From a bacterium (GTDB lineage: Bacteria; Patescibacteriota; Minisyncoccia; UBA6257; WO2-44-18), in contig JAUYHP010000031.1 of NCBI GenBank assembly GCA_030689595.1, forward strand, positions 86,666-150,665: 64,000 nt of DNA, read 5' to 3'. The position numbers and the translations under genes are program-made. Below the pieces are notes generated by a model. That model searched no databases, was not told the origin of the DNA, and worked only from the letters and a program-made list of their open reading frames with translations. Shown piece after piece: positions 18,235-28,555 of this stretch. Each line of letters opens with the position of its first letter. Within the stretch, counting starts at the first letter, position 1.

Positions 18235-18987
18235 ATGCTCATCTATCTTTACGGCTCTGATTCATATCGGCGCCAGACCAAGTTACGTGAAATAGTTGGT
18301 GAATATAAGAAAAAACATGCCAAGGGTAGTGTTGATAAATTTTATTTACAGAAGGATGAAGAATACAATCGTTTAACCGATTTTATTAAAAGCCAATCGC
18401 TTTTTGATAAATCTAAGTTGGCTATCGTGGATATGGAGGACGGCAAATTTACGACCAAGACATTCGTGGCATTGTTAAAGAGCTTGGTGGAGGTTGAGGA
18501 TATTGTGTTGATGTTGATCTCTCCAAAGGCATTACCAAAAGAATTCAAATTTTTACTAAAGAAACCAATCACTAGTCAAGAGTTTAAGGAGCTCAAAGGA
18601 GCATCGCTCGATGGCTTTATCAGGAGGGCTGCTGCGGATCGCGGCTTGAAAGCCTCTAAAGAGATTAGTGGGGCCCTTATGGCTGTTAATGGTTCTAACG
18701 TCTGGGGCATTGTCAATGATTTAGATAAAATGGCCTTGGGCGGCAAACTAGAAGAGGGCATAGCTACGCATAATTTTTTTGTAGCCATCAATCGCTTGGT
18801 GCGTGGCGACATTGCTGCGCTGACCTGGTTGTTGGCAACTGATGATGCTGCCAAGATTTTTAATATTACATCCTCCTTCGCTAAAGATTCGGATGGCTTA
18901 CAAAAAATGGCCGACTATGACGTGGCCATTAAATCTGGGAAGTTCGGATATGATGAGGCATTGTTGGATTTAGTTCTGTCGCACTAG
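18235..18987 (+). CDS. holA: DNA polymerase III delta subunit (HolA)-like, minimal form
   Basis: MLIYLYGSDSY… N-terminus resembles HolA (YLLYGEE). 250 aa is short. Position among replication and repair genes fits. Confidence 0.5.
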   Translation: MLIYLYGSDSYRRQTKLREIVGEYKKKHAKGSVDKFYLQKDEEYNRLTDFIKSQSLFDKSKLAIVDMEDGKFTTKTFVALLKSLVEVEDIVLMLISPKALPKEFKFLLKKPITSQEFKELKGASLDGFIRRAAADRGLKASKEISGALMAVNGSNVWGIVNDLDKMALGGKLEEGIATHNFFVAINRLVRGDIAALTWLLATDDAAKIFNITSSFAKDSDGLQKMADYDVAIKSGKFGYDEALLDLVLSH

Positions 18988-19230
18988 GCGCGACAATCTA
19001 GACTTTAGCCTAGAAGCGGTATTCTTCTTAATCAAATTTACTTTAGCTGCTTTATCTAGTCTTTTATAAACTGTGGCTAGCTCTTTTCTGGCTTCGTCGG
19101 TTTTCTTATCCGCTACCAACTTCTTATAGGACTTGATAGTTCCCTTTAGGGTCTGTTTGCGCGAAATATTAACCAAGCGTCGCTGTGCGCTTTGGCGAAA
19201 AGACTTTTTAGCTGAAGCTGTATTTGGCAT
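18970..19230 (-). CDS. rpsT: 30S ribosomal protein S20
   Basis: MPNTASAKKSFRQSAQRR… basic 86-aa protein with the S20 pattern. Confidence 0.85.
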   Translation of the reverse strand: MPNTASAKKSFRQSAQRRLVNISRKQTLKGTIKSYKKLVADKKTDEARKELATVYKRLDKAAKVNLIKKNTASRLKSRLSRLVRQN

Positions 19231-19390
19231 TGAGGTTTAGTTTATGATCTAGCGTACATAAAGTCAAGTGCGTAGATATAAGTTTTTGTACCGAATTTGG
19301 ATTGACAAATTATATCACGTCTTTAATATTTGCCATAAATTTCTGCACCTTTAAATCCCACCAGTCATATTTACCTCAAGAAGTCACAAC

Positions 19391-19543
19391 GTGATCTTGG
19401 CATTTATCGGTGGTTTTATGATAGGAGCAGGATATAATAATCTGACTACCGGCTCGAGCTCTAAACTAAGCGCTTTTTTCTGGATGTTAGTAGGCGTTGC
19501 CCTTGTGATTGTTTCTATTGTCACCCCAAGTTGGGTGTTCTAA
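19391..19543 (+). CDS. Possible small membrane protein (50 aa, GTG start)
   Basis: VILAFIGGFMIGAGYN…MLVGVALVIVSIVTPSWVF*. Preceded by TTGACA-N16-TAATAT-like promoter hexamers at about 19301-19335. Weak call. Confidence 0.2.
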   Translation: MILAFIGGFMIGAGYNNLTTGSSSKLSAFFWMLVGVALVIVSIVTPSWVF

Positions 19544-19585
19544 GCGTGATTAGCTCTCACTTCATAAGACGGGGTGGGAGTTTTT

Positions 19586-21361
19586 TTATTTCTGCCCTAA
19601 GCCGCTTTCAGTTAGAGGCTTACTAATCGTAGTGGGCGTAACAGAAAATTTCTTGTTGAAGGCCTCTTGGATTTTGCGGCGTCGGCCGGTTTCTTTAATT
19701 ACCTGTGACATAGATTTAGTGATGCTGTCGCCATAAAGGATTACTTTACTGGTAGTGGATCGAGCGGCGCGGCCGGCCATTTGCATAATGCCTCGATAGT
19801 TACGCAAAAAGCCTTCACGATCAGCATCGAGTACAGCTACCAAGCTAACTTCCGGCAAATCTAAACCTTCGCGTAATAAGTTTATACCAACTAGAACATC
19901 TATCTCCCCGCGACGTAGGGCGGCTAATAGTTCTGGTCGGTCTAAGGTTTTAATATCAGAGTGAAGATATTTTGTTTTGATACCGGCTTGTAGGAGATAT
20001 TCAGTTAAATCTTCGGCGGATCTTTTGGTTAGTGTAAGTGCCAAAACTCGGCCACCATCTTTGGTGCATTTTTTAATTTCTTCGACCAGATCTTTTACCT
20101 GTTTCTCGGCTGAGCGGATAATGATTTGTGGATCTAAAATGCCAGTTGGTCTGACTACCTGTTCGGCTATTTGGTCTGACTTATTTAATTCATAGTCGCT
20201 AGGTGTGGCCGATACATGAATAGTTTGGCCAATGCGTACTTCAAACTCTCTAAAGTTTAATGGTCGGTTATCTAAAGCCGAAGGCAATCTAAAGCCGTGT
20301 TCAATCAAAGTAGATTTACGTTTTTTATCACCTGCCTCCATGGCTTGTATTTGAGGAATTGATATATGAGACTCATCAACAAACAACAAAAATGGCTTTG
20401 GGAAATAATCTATCAAGGTTAATGGTGGCTCGCCAGGATTGCGGAAACCTAAGTGGCGAGAATAATTTTCGATACCATTGATATAGCCCTTTTTAGCCAT
20501 CATTTCAATATCAAATAATGTTCTTTTTTCCAATCTCTCTGATTCTTCAAATTTGCCGATAGATTGCAATTCTTCAACGCGCTCCTCCATCTCTGTCTTG
20601 ATGTTCCGCAATACCAGCTTCATTCGATGTTGTGGAGTTATCCAAAACTTGGCCGGGTAGATCAATATTTTCTCTAGGTCACGAAGAGTCGGAAAAATTC
20701 TTTTGATGCTGTGTATTTTTCTTTTGGCTAAGATGATCTCTATTTTCTCATCGGTTACTAAATGCAAGATTATTTTATCTTTGTTTATAGAAAATTCGCC
20801 GAGTTTTGGTGATGCGTCGTTGCGTATGTATTGCAAATAATTTAAATGACGGAAAAGGTCTTGGCTGGATATCCTTTGCCCAAGTTTTAACTCTAGACGA
20901 GAGCGTTGGTATTCGCCTGGGTCACCCAATCCATAAATACATGAGACAGAGGCGATAACTAAGGTGTCTGGTCGGGACAAAACGCTTTGTATGGTGGCGT
21001 GGCGGAGTTTATCGATATCAGCATTTATGCGCGCATCTTTTTGAATATAGGTGCTGGTTTGTGGGATGAAGGCTTCGGGTTGATAGTAGTCGTAAAAAGA
21101 GACGAAGTAATGCACTGCATTGTTGGGGAAGAACTGTTTGAATTCCTGATAAAGCTGAGCTGCCAAAATCTTGTTTGGTGAAATAACCAGCGTTGGCAAA
21201 CCAATTTTCTCTATAACCGAAGCCATAGTATAGGTTTTGCCTGAGCCAGTTACTCCAAGGAGAACCTGATTTTTGTGACCGGCTTCAATACCACCGATTA
21301 ATTTATCGATGGCCTGTGGCTGATCGCCCTTGGGTCGAAAGTGAGAAATAAGTTGAAACAT
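19586..21361 (-). CDS. uvrB: Excinuclease ABC subunit B (UvrB), C-terminally short
   Basis: Walker A GVTGSGKTYTMA and helicase motifs. 591 aa, lacking the usual C-terminal UvrC-interaction coiled coil. Confidence 0.9.
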   Translation of the reverse strand: MFQLISHFRPKGDQPQAIDKLIGGIEAGHKNQVLLGVTGSGKTYTMASVIEKIGLPTLVISPNKILAAQLYQEFKQFFPNNAVHYFVSFYDYYQPEAFIPQTSTYIQKDARINADIDKLRHATIQSVLSRPDTLVIASVSCIYGLGDPGEYQRSRLELKLGQRISSQDLFRHLNYLQYIRNDASPKLGEFSINKDKIILHLVTDEKIEIILAKRKIHSIKRIFPTLRDLEKILIYPAKFWITPQHRMKLVLRNIKTEMEERVEELQSIGKFEESERLEKRTLFDIEMMAKKGYINGIENYSRHLGFRNPGEPPLTLIDYFPKPFLLFVDESHISIPQIQAMEAGDKKRKSTLIEHGFRLPSALDNRPLNFREFEVRIGQTIHVSATPSDYELNKSDQIAEQVVRPTGILDPQIIIRSAEKQVKDLVEEIKKCTKDGGRVLALTLTKRSAEDLTEYLLQAGIKTKYLHSDIKTLDRPELLAALRRGEIDVLVGINLLREGLDLPEVSLVAVLDADREGFLRNYRGIMQMAGRAARSTTSKVILYGDSITKSMSQVIKETGRRRKIQEAFNKKFSVTPTTISKPLTESGLGQK

Positions 21362-21379
21362 AGATTATACTTAAGATAT

Positions 21380-21964
21380 ATGATTTATTCACTAAGCGGA
21401 AAGCTTGTTGCTAAGCGTGACAACCAAGCAATAGTTGAAACGGGCGGTATTGGGTTTAAAGTTTTGCTGTCTCCGCGAACTGCGCAGAGTTTACCTAAAA
21501 ATGGCGAGCAGATCAAGCTGTTTTGCTCACTTTATAATCGGGAAAACGAGCCATTCGAATTGTTTGGATTTAAAGATGAAAACGAGCTTTACCTTTTCGA
21601 TAAGTTAAATACTGTTAGCGGCGTGGGGCCGAAAACTGCCCTAGGCATTTTAAGTATCGCACCAATCGATCAGTTATCAGCAGCTATTAATGAAGGTCGT
21701 GTTGAGCTTCTAACCAAAGCTTCTGGGATCGGCAAAAAATCGGCTGAAAGAATTATCGTTGACTTAAGGGGGAAGCTGGATTTGGATGCTGGAGCATCGG
21801 CCCAAACATTAACTTTGATGGAGTCGGATTTGGAATTGGAAGAAACTCTAGTTAGCTTGGGCTATACCAAACAGCAAGCCAAGGCGGCTATTGCTAAAAT
21901 TGATTCACAAGTTAAAGGCTTTAAAGATCGTTTGCGCGAAGCTTTAAAGAAATCTAAATCATGA
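21380..21964 (+). CDS. ruvA: Holliday junction DNA helicase RuvA
   Basis: MIYSLSGKLV… OB-fold N-terminus and a helix-hairpin-helix region (GVGPKTALGIL). Start taken at the internal Met at 21380. Confidence 0.85.
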   Translation: MIYSLSGKLVAKRDNQAIVETGGIGFKVLLSPRTAQSLPKNGEQIKLFCSLYNRENEPFELFGFKDENELYLFDKLNTVSGVGPKTALGILSIAPIDQLSAAINEGRVELLTKASGIGKKSAERIIVDLRGKLDLDAGASAQTLTLMESDLELEETLVSLGYTKQQAKAAIAKIDSQVKGFKDRLREALKKSKS

Positions 21965-23265
21965 CAGCTAGGCTAAAAAATATATATCAAAAACTAAAGA
22001 GTGCGTATCATTATTGTTTAGCCTGGCTGGGCAATGTTATTTATGGCTCGCCATCTAAAGATATTTTCGTCATCGGTGTTACTGGCACCAAGGGTAAATC
22101 TACAACCCTTGAATTGATCAATGCTATTTTGGAAATGGCTGACAAAAAAACAGCTTTAGTTTCTTCGCTACGTTTTAAAATAGCCAATAAGACTATCAAA
22201 AATACTACTGGCATGACCATGCCGGGGAGATTTTTTATTCAGAAGAAATTGCGCAAGGCGGTTAAGGCCGGATGCCAGTATTTTTTAATCGAGGTTACTT
22301 CTCAGGGAATATTGCAGCATCGCCATGAGTTCATTGATTTCGATGCGGCGATTTATACCAATGTGCGCCCCGAGCATGTTGAGGCACATGGTTCGTTTGA
22401 TAATTATCGAGGTGCCAAAGTCAGCTTTTTCAAATATGCCGCGGATAAATCTAGAAAAAGAGATAAATCATTTTTTATCAATGACGAAGATGATTCTAAG
22501 GGCCACTTTGTGAATGCCGTAGGCGATAACAAGGTAATCTATTTTAGTCGTGATAATTTTATCGATAAGAATTTAAACAAAGGCAAAATCTCTATTGGTG
22601 ATTGGTTATCCAACAATTTCAATTTAGAGAATGCCGCCGCGGCTACGGCGTTGGCTGAATCGCAGGGGATAGATTGGGATACAATTCATAGAGCCCTACA
22701 AGCTTTCAGCGGCATACCTGGTCGCTTGGAATATGCCCAGCGTAAACCATTCGCAGTGGTTATTGATTATGCACACACGCCGGATTCATTGACCAAGGTC
22801 TATCAGGCTTTGATTAGGGGTGGCGCCAAGGTGTCAGCTCGAAACTCTAGGGGATCGTCTAGGACAAAAACAAAAACGAAGACCAGCGTGTCGACTTCAA
22901 AATTGATTTGTGTTTTGGGTGCGGCTGGTGGGGGGAGAGACAAATGGAAGCGGCCAGTCATGGGCCAGATTGCAGCGCAGTATTGTCGTAATATTATTTT
23001 GACCAATGAAGATCCTTATGACGAAAAACCAGAGAAAATTCTAGAAGATATTAAAAACGGTATTTTGCAGACTAAATTTCCGGTTTCTAATATCGCTGAA
23101 ATATTAGATCGGCGGGCCGCTATCGCTAAGGCCATATCGTTGGCAAAACGAGGAGATACGGTGATTATCACCGGCAAGGGCAGTGAGGATTGGCTGCGCG
23201 TTGCTCAGGGAAATAAAATTCCTTGGAGCGAGCGCAAGGCGGTTGAGAAGGTATTGAAGGAATAA
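21961..23265 (+). CDS. murE: Mur ligase, MurE-like (UDP-MurNAc-tripeptide synthetase) with a reduced N-terminal domain
   Basis: P-loop GVTGTKGKSTT and IDYAHTPDSL, which matches the MurE C-terminal motif. Carries a low-complexity insert (SRGSSRTKTKTKTSVSTSK). NEDPYDE sits where DAP-type MurE has DNPR. Confidence 0.65.
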   Translation: MTARLKNIYQKLKSAYHYCLAWLGNVIYGSPSKDIFVIGVTGTKGKSTTLELINAILEMADKKTALVSSLRFKIANKTIKNTTGMTMPGRFFIQKKLRKAVKAGCQYFLIEVTSQGILQHRHEFIDFDAAIYTNVRPEHVEAHGSFDNYRGAKVSFFKYAADKSRKRDKSFFINDEDDSKGHFVNAVGDNKVIYFSRDNFIDKNLNKGKISIGDWLSNNFNLENAAAATALAESQGIDWDTIHRALQAFSGIPGRLEYAQRKPFAVVIDYAHTPDSLTKVYQALIRGGAKVSARNSRGSSRTKTKTKTSVSTSKLICVLGAAGGGRDKWKRPVMGQIAAQYCRNIILTNEDPYDEKPEKILEDIKNGILQTKFPVSNIAEILDRRAAIAKAISLAKRGDTVIITGKGSEDWLRVAQGNKIPWSERKAVEKVLKE

Positions 23266-23348
23266 TTAGCTAAAGTCGTCTTGACGTCGCATTGCTCAAG
23301 CAGCATACTTTTATATAGAAAATTGATAATCAGAAAGGAGACCATATC

Positions 23349-23798
23349 ATGTCTAGCCACTTGATCCGAGTTAACTATGGTCGCACAGTGGAAGACGCCA
23401 TCAAGGCCGGGGAATATGGATTGGTTAGCCCAGATATTCATCGCAGAAATTTCCCTAATGCTTCTGTAGTTAATTTTACGACCAACATCAAGATTTTCGG
23501 CTTTGACCGCAAAATATCCACTGATGATGTGAGACGGCACTTTGCTAGCAATAAATTGCTGCCGGGTGTCATGCCAGAATTGCTCGCTTTGGGCGAAGCT
23601 CATCCGGAAGTTTTTTCTGAAACACCAGTGATTGCTCTGGGGTCTGTCTGGATCGACAAGAATGAAAATAATCGGGTCATGATGTTGCATATGAATAGTC
23701 ATTTACGTTGCCTAACATTGGCTTGGGAAGGTATGTGGGATATTAATTGTCGGTTTATTGCTGTCGGTCTCGACACGCCACCGGTCACTAGAAGTTAA
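23349..23798 (+). CDS. Hypothetical protein
   Basis: 149-aa ORF with a strong SD (aaaggag, 7 nt upstream). Preferred over the overlapping minus-strand ORF 23205-23702. Confidence 0.45.
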   Translation: MSSHLIRVNYGRTVEDAIKAGEYGLVSPDIHRRNFPNASVVNFTTNIKIFGFDRKISTDDVRRHFASNKLLPGVMPELLALGEAHPEVFSETPVIALGSVWIDKNENNRVMMLHMNSHLRCLTLAWEGMWDINCRFIAVGLDTPPVTRS

Positions 23799-23960
23799 TT
23801 AATTTAATAGCGCTCTAATGTAAGAGCGCTTTTTATATACTCAATTTAAGATAGTTGTGGCACATAAACTCACCACGCACTTTCACGAAGTTAAGGTGCG
23901 GGATTGCCAATTTTAAAAAACGGTGTTATAATGCTGAAGAAAATCTGTTATACTAATAAT

Positions 23961-26609
23961 ATGAAATTCAATCGTTTTACAATCAAAGCCCAAGAGGCGC
24001 TACAGATGGCTCAAGAATTGGCTGCCAAGAGAAATCATGGCGAGTTTCGAGCTCTGCATTTATTGTCGGCTCTAATTGAAGATAGCCAATCTTTGATCCA
24101 GCCAATGTTGATGAAATCAGGCATCAACTTGGATGATTTGAATAATGACATCGAGGCCGAACTAAATAAGTTGCCGAAAATTTTTGGCACTTCTAATGTT
24201 GGTCAGCTTTATCTATCGCAAGAACTGATGTTGATTTTAGATAAGGCCGGTAAAATCGCTTTGTCGCAAAAAGATGAATATATCTCTTGCGAACATCTTT
24301 TATTGGCAATTTTGGATGTGCCTTCGGGTGCGCAAAAAGTTTTGCATAAGTTTAATGTTAAGCGCGATATGGTTTTTCGTGTTTTAGCTCAATTACGTGG
24401 CTCAACTCGAGTTACCGATGAAACGCCAGAAAGCAAATTCCAAGTTTTAGATAAATATGCGATTAATTTAACTGATCAGGCTCGTGAGGGTAAGTTGGAT
24501 CCAGTTATTGGCCGTGAAGAAGAATTGCGTCGTGTGATTCAGGTTTTGTCGCGCCGTACCAAAAACAACCCAGTTTTGATTGGTGAGCCGGGAGTTGGTA
24601 AAACGGCTATTGTCGAGGGCTTGGCTCAAAAAATAGTTGCTGGCGATGTGCCGGAGACTTTGAAGGATAAAGAAATCATCATGTTAGATTTAGGTTCATT
24701 GATTGCCGGTACTAAATTTCGTGGTGAATTTGAGGATAGGTTAAAAGCGTTTATAAAAGAAATAAACAACGCCGCTGGCCGACTATTATTATTTATAGAT
24801 GAGATTCATATGATTGTTGGTGCAGGTGCGGCTGAAGGCGCGGTGGATGCCTCTAATTTGCTTAAGCCTCCACTGGCTCGTGGTGAGTTGCATGCCATCG
24901 GCGCTACTACCATCAGAGAATATCAGCGCCACATTGAAAAAGATCCAGCCCTAGAGAGGCGCTTCCAGCCGATTGTAGTCGAAGAGCCAAATTTGGAAGA
25001 TTCGATTTCTATTTTGCGTGGTCTAAAAGAAAAATATGAGATTCACCATGGTTTGCGCATTAGCGATGAGGCTTTAGTTGAGGCGGTTAATCTATCGGCT
25101 CGCTATATTGCCGATCGATTTTTACCTGACAAAGCCATTGATTTAGTCGATGAGGCGGCGGCTTCGCGTAAGTTGGATAGCGAAAGCTTGCCTCAGGAAA
25201 TTGATAAAGTTAGACGAGACATCACTCGTCTAGAAATAGAGAAGTCGGCACTTACTAAAGAAAGCAGCACCAAAAGCAAGGATCGTCTGAAAGAGCTAGA
25301 AAAAGAACTTAAGGGCTTTAGTGATCGCAATGATGAATTATCGGCGGTTTGGCATGCTGAAAAAATTGCTTTTGATAATTTACACAACTTACGCAAGCGC
25401 ATTGATGATCTGCGTCGTCAGGCTGAACTTTCAGAGCGCGATGGTGATTTAGAAAAAGTATCACAAATTATTTACGGCGAATTGCCGCAGGCAGAAAAAG
25501 AATACAAAGCTTTTGAGAAAAAATATGTAGCCGAGAGACGTAAGGCTCAGGGCGATGCTATGAGCGGAGAGTTCATTAAGGAAATGGTTGATGCCGAAGA
25601 TATTGCTACAGTCGTATCTAAGTGGACTGGCATTCAAGTGACCAGAATCTTGGAGGGTGAAAGTGAAAAACTATCTCGCATTGAGCAAGAGTTAGGCCAG
25701 CGCGTCGTGGGTCAAAAAGAAGCCATTGAAGCGGTGGCTAATGCTTTGCGACGAGCTCGTGCAGGTTTAGCGGATGAGGACAAGCCATTGGGATCGTTTA
25801 TGTTTTTGGGGCCTACTGGCGTTGGTAAAACAGAGCTAGCCAGGACTTTGGCTGAATTTATGTTCAATGATGATAAGGCGTTGGTGCGCATTGATATGTC
25901 TGAATATATGGAACGCCATGCAGTATCTCGTCTGATAGGTTCACCGCCAGGTTACGTTGGTTTTGATGATGGTGGTCAGTTGACCGAAATAGTTAGGCAC
26001 CGGCCCTATAGCTTGATTCTGTTCGATGAAATCGAAAAAGCTCATCCGGAGGTGTTTAATATACTCTTGCAATTATTGGATGATGGCCGTTTGACTGATG
26101 GCAAGGGTAAAGCGGTTAATTTCAAAAATAGCATTATCATCATGACTTCAAATATTGGTAGTCAATATTTCAAAGAAATGTCTAATATTGGATTTGCTAG
26201 CTTGGCTGATGGCGATGGTAATGAATTTAAGGCCAGAGAGACCACTTTCAAGGAAAAAGTTTTGGAAGAAATAAAACAAAGCTTCAAACCAGAGTTTTTG
26301 AATCGCATAGACGAGACTATTATATTCAACGCCCTTAGCCCCAAAGAGATTGAGGCGATTGTTGATATTCAATTAGATAAAGTTAAAGACAAGCTGGCGG
26401 AGCGAGGCATTAAGTTAGCCATTGATAAGGCGGCTAAGAAATACATCGTTGATAATGGCTTTGATCCAGAATACGGCGCCCGTCCCATTAAGCGCCTGAT
26501 ACAGAAAGTGATTTTGGATAAATTGGCCGACAGGATTATCAAAGGCCAACTTCAAGAGGGTAGTAAGGTAAAAATTTCTTTTAAAGAATCGGCTCTTAGT
26601 ATAAACTGA
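23961..26609 (+). CDS. clpB: Chaperone disaggregase ClpB
   Basis: Two AAA+ modules ([20 protein letters not shown]) and a middle coiled coil. Start taken at MKFNRFT. Confidence 0.95.
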   Translation: MKFNRFTIKAQEALQMAQELAAKRNHGEFRALHLLSALIEDSQSLIQPMLMKSGINLDDLNNDIEAELNKLPKIFGTSNVGQLYLSQELMLILDKAGKIALSQKDEYISCEHLLLAILDVPSGAQKVLHKFNVKRDMVFRVLAQLRGSTRVTDETPESKFQVLDKYAINLTDQAREGKLDPVIGREEELRRVIQVLSRRTKNNPVLIGEPGVGKTAIVEGLAQKIVAGDVPETLKDKEIIMLDLGSLIAGTKFRGEFEDRLKAFIKEINNAAGRLLLFIDEIHMIVGAGAAEGAVDASNLLKPPLARGELHAIGATTIREYQRHIEKDPALERRFQPIVVEEPNLEDSISILRGLKEKYEIHHGLRISDEALVEAVNLSARYIADRFLPDKAIDLVDEAAASRKLDSESLPQEIDKVRRDITRLEIEKSALTKESSTKSKDRLKELEKELKGFSDRNDELSAVWHAEKIAFDNLHNLRKRIDDLRRQAELSERDGDLEKVSQIIYGELPQAEKEYKAFEKKYVAERRKAQGDAMSGEFIKEMVDAEDIATVVSKWTGIQVTRILEGESEKLSRIEQELGQRVVGQKEAIEAVANALRRARAGLADEDKPLGSFMFLGPTGVGKTELARTLAEFMFNDDKALVRIDMSEYMERHAVSRLIGSPPGYVGFDDGGQLTEIVRHRPYSLILFDEIEKAHPEVFNILLQLLDDGRLTDGKGKAVNFKNSIIIMTSNIGSQYFKEMSNIGFASLADGDGNEFKARETTFKEKVLEEIKQSFKPEFLNRIDETIIFNALSPKEIEAIVDIQLDKVKDKLAERGIKLAIDKAAKKYIVDNGFDPEYGARPIKRLIQKVILDKLADRIIKGQLQEGSKVKISFKESALSIN

Positions 26610-26614
26610 TAGGA

Positions 26615-27316
26615 ATGTCTTTATCATTGGTGGTCAGAGCTCTGATTTTTGGCGGCCTGTTATTATTAGCTAAATCAAGCGGTTTCGGTTTTTGGTTAAC
26701 GGCTTTATTCTTATTGGCATCTCTATTTTTATACGCTCAGCCGATTTTCAATACTTTCCCATTGCTGACTTCGTTTCTAGTCACGATCTATCTGTCTTTA
26801 TCCCTCGTAAGAATCGCTAACGTGTGGTGGGTATATTTAGCCGCGCTAATCGTTGCTTTAATGTTCTATGTGTTATTGCGACTGAAGCACCTGGCTTTTA
26901 TTGACCGGCAAAAATGGCATTATTTTTTGCAGCTAATCTTATTTTATCTACTATATATAGTAGCTTTCATATCCTATACGCCCGATAGCGGGATAATCTG
27001 GCCGCTTTGGGTATTTATAGTTGCTTTTCTATTATTAAGGGAGTTGTTTAGGGTCCAGATCAAGGAGGGGCGGCATAGACTATTGTTCTGTTGGTTAGTG
27101 GCCTTTATTATTAGCCAATTTATTTGGGTAGCTGGTTTATTACCGATCGGATTCATTAGTCTGGCCAATTTCCTAACCTTAACCACCTTTCTATTAATAG
27201 AGTTGACTATAGGGCATTGGCAAGGAATTGTGGATAAACCATGGTTATTGCGACGCTTGTTAATATTCGGATCACTAGCAGCAATTATATTTTTGACCTC
27301 AAGGTGGAGTATCTAG
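26615..27316 (+). CDS. Polytopic membrane protein, function unknown
   Basis: 233 aa with about 7 hydrophobic helices. Confidence 0.5.
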   Translation: MSLSLVVRALIFGGLLLLAKSSGFGFWLTALFLLASLFLYAQPIFNTFPLLTSFLVTIYLSLSLVRIANVWWVYLAALIVALMFYVLLRLKHLAFIDRQKWHYFLQLILFYLLYIVAFISYTPDSGIIWPLWVFIVAFLLLRELFRVQIKEGRHRLLFCWLVAFIISQFIWVAGLLPIGFISLANFLTLTTFLLIELTIGHWQGIVDKPWLLRRLLIFGSLAAIIFLTSRWSI

Positions 27317-27344
27317 ATAGCGCCGTGGAGCTATTAATAAAAAA

Positions 27345-27371
27345 AGACCGCCCCTTTAATGTGGGCGGTCT
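27345..27371. terminator. Bidirectional hairpin terminator between the membrane protein and the convergent glutamine synthetase
   Basis: agaccgccc-N9-gggcggtct with an upstream A7 run. Overlaps the glutamine synthetase stop codon. Confidence 0.5.
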
Positions 27372-28417
27372 TTGAATATGTTGGGATCAAAGCCATTGCC
27401 GCAAACTGTTTCCAAAATGGCTGTAAAGACCATATAAGGATCTAAGTTGGCAGCTGGTCGTCGATCTTCCAAATAGCCAAAGCCATCTCTGGCAGTAAAA
27501 ATCGGGATACGAATAGAAGCTCCGCGATCGCTGACGCCATAACGAAATTGTTTTATGCTACAAGTTTCGTGTTTGCCAGTCAGTCGTTTGTCGTTATTTT
27601 CTCCGTATACAGAGATATGTTCAGCATGAAGCTTGCCCAGCTTTTCGCAGGCTTCTTTAATAACATCTATACCGCCAGACTCTCTCATGGTCTTGGTGCT
27701 GAAATTGACGTGGCCACCGGCTCCATTCCAATCTCCTTCGATTGGCTTTGGGTGAAGGCTGGCAACAATGCTCCGATTTTCTCCTAGGCGGTATAGCAAC
27801 CATCTGGCTAGCCAAAGTTGATCGGCAGTTTCAATTGCGCCTTTTGGACCTATCTGAAATTCCCATTGGGCTGGCATGACTTCAGCGTTGATGCCACATA
27901 AATCTAAGTCAGCAGCTAAGCATGCTCGCAGATGTTCTTCGACTAAGGCTCGTCCAAATACTTTGTCGGCACCGACGCCGCAGTAGTATGGACCCTGCGG
28001 AGCAGGGAAGCCATCCATCGGCCAGCCTAGGGGTCGGTTAGTGTGTCGATCGAACAGAGTATATTCTTGCTCAACGCCGAAAATAGCTTCTTGATCAGTA
28101 TGTTTTTCTGCGGAACCAGACAGTATAGATCTAGTATTGCTGTCATGTGGTTCGCCTGATTCATTTAAAACTTCACACAACACTAGAATATGTGGTGTGC
28201 CTCGGATTGGATCATTACGAAAACAAATCGGTTTTAAAAAGCAGTCGCTATCATGTCCATCTGCCTGTTTGGTGCTAGAGCCATCGAAGCTCCATTCCGG
28301 GAGCGATTCTAGGCGTCCTTTAAAGCCCTCTAGTAATTTAGTCTTGGAACGAAGGCCTTGTGGCTGATAGCCGTCTAACCAAATATATTCAGCCAATACC
28401 TTTCTAGCGCTGCTCAT
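27356..28417 (-). CDS. glnII: Glutamine synthetase, type II (eukaryote-like, about 350 aa)
   Basis: EYIWLDG N-terminal motif and overall GSII length and pattern. Slightly elevated GC. Confidence 0.75.
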   Translation of the reverse strand: MSSARKVLAEYIWLDGYQPQGLRSKTKLLEGFKGRLESLPEWSFDGSSTKQADGHDSDCFLKPICFRNDPIRGTPHILVLCEVLNESGEPHDSNTRSILSGSAEKHTDQEAIFGVEQEYTLFDRHTNRPLGWPMDGFPAPQGPYYCGVGADKVFGRALVEEHLRACLAADLDLCGINAEVMPAQWEFQIGPKGAIETADQLWLARWLLYRLGENRSIVASLHPKPIEGDWNGAGGHVNFSTKTMRESGGIDVIKEACEKLGKLHAEHISVYGENNDKRLTGKHETCSIKQFRYGVSDRGASIRIPIFTARDGFGYLEDRRPAANLDPYMVFTAILETVCGNGFDPNIFKDRPH

Positions 28418-28462
28418 TTATATTTTCCTCCGAAAATGTGGTTGGCAAGGATCTGCTGTTAT

Positions 28463-28480
28463 CTTAGCTAAGTAGCTTAG
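28463..28480. promoter_or_regulatory. Palindrome cttagctaag(tagcttag) in the divergent glnII / regulator promoter region
   Basis: 10-bp perfect self-complementary core plus a partial repeat. Confidence 0.3.
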
Positions 28481-28517
28481 AAAATCAAGAGGCGAATAAA
28501 AATGTAACGTAGCGGGG

Positions 28518-28545
28518 TTGACTTACCGACTAGTATTTTTATAGA
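28518..28545 (+). promoter_or_regulatory. Sigma70-like promoter for the regulator gene
   Basis: TTGACT-N16-TATAGA, 10 bp upstream of the ATG at 28556. Confidence 0.4.
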
Positions 28546-28555
28546 CTTATCAACA

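Noticed and set aside
23205-23702. 165-aa minus-strand ORF overlapping the plus-strand hypothetical gene
   Set aside because: The plus-strand ORF has a strong SD (aaaggag) and a tidy gap after the upstream gene. The minus ORF has no signals and heavy overlap with its neighbours.
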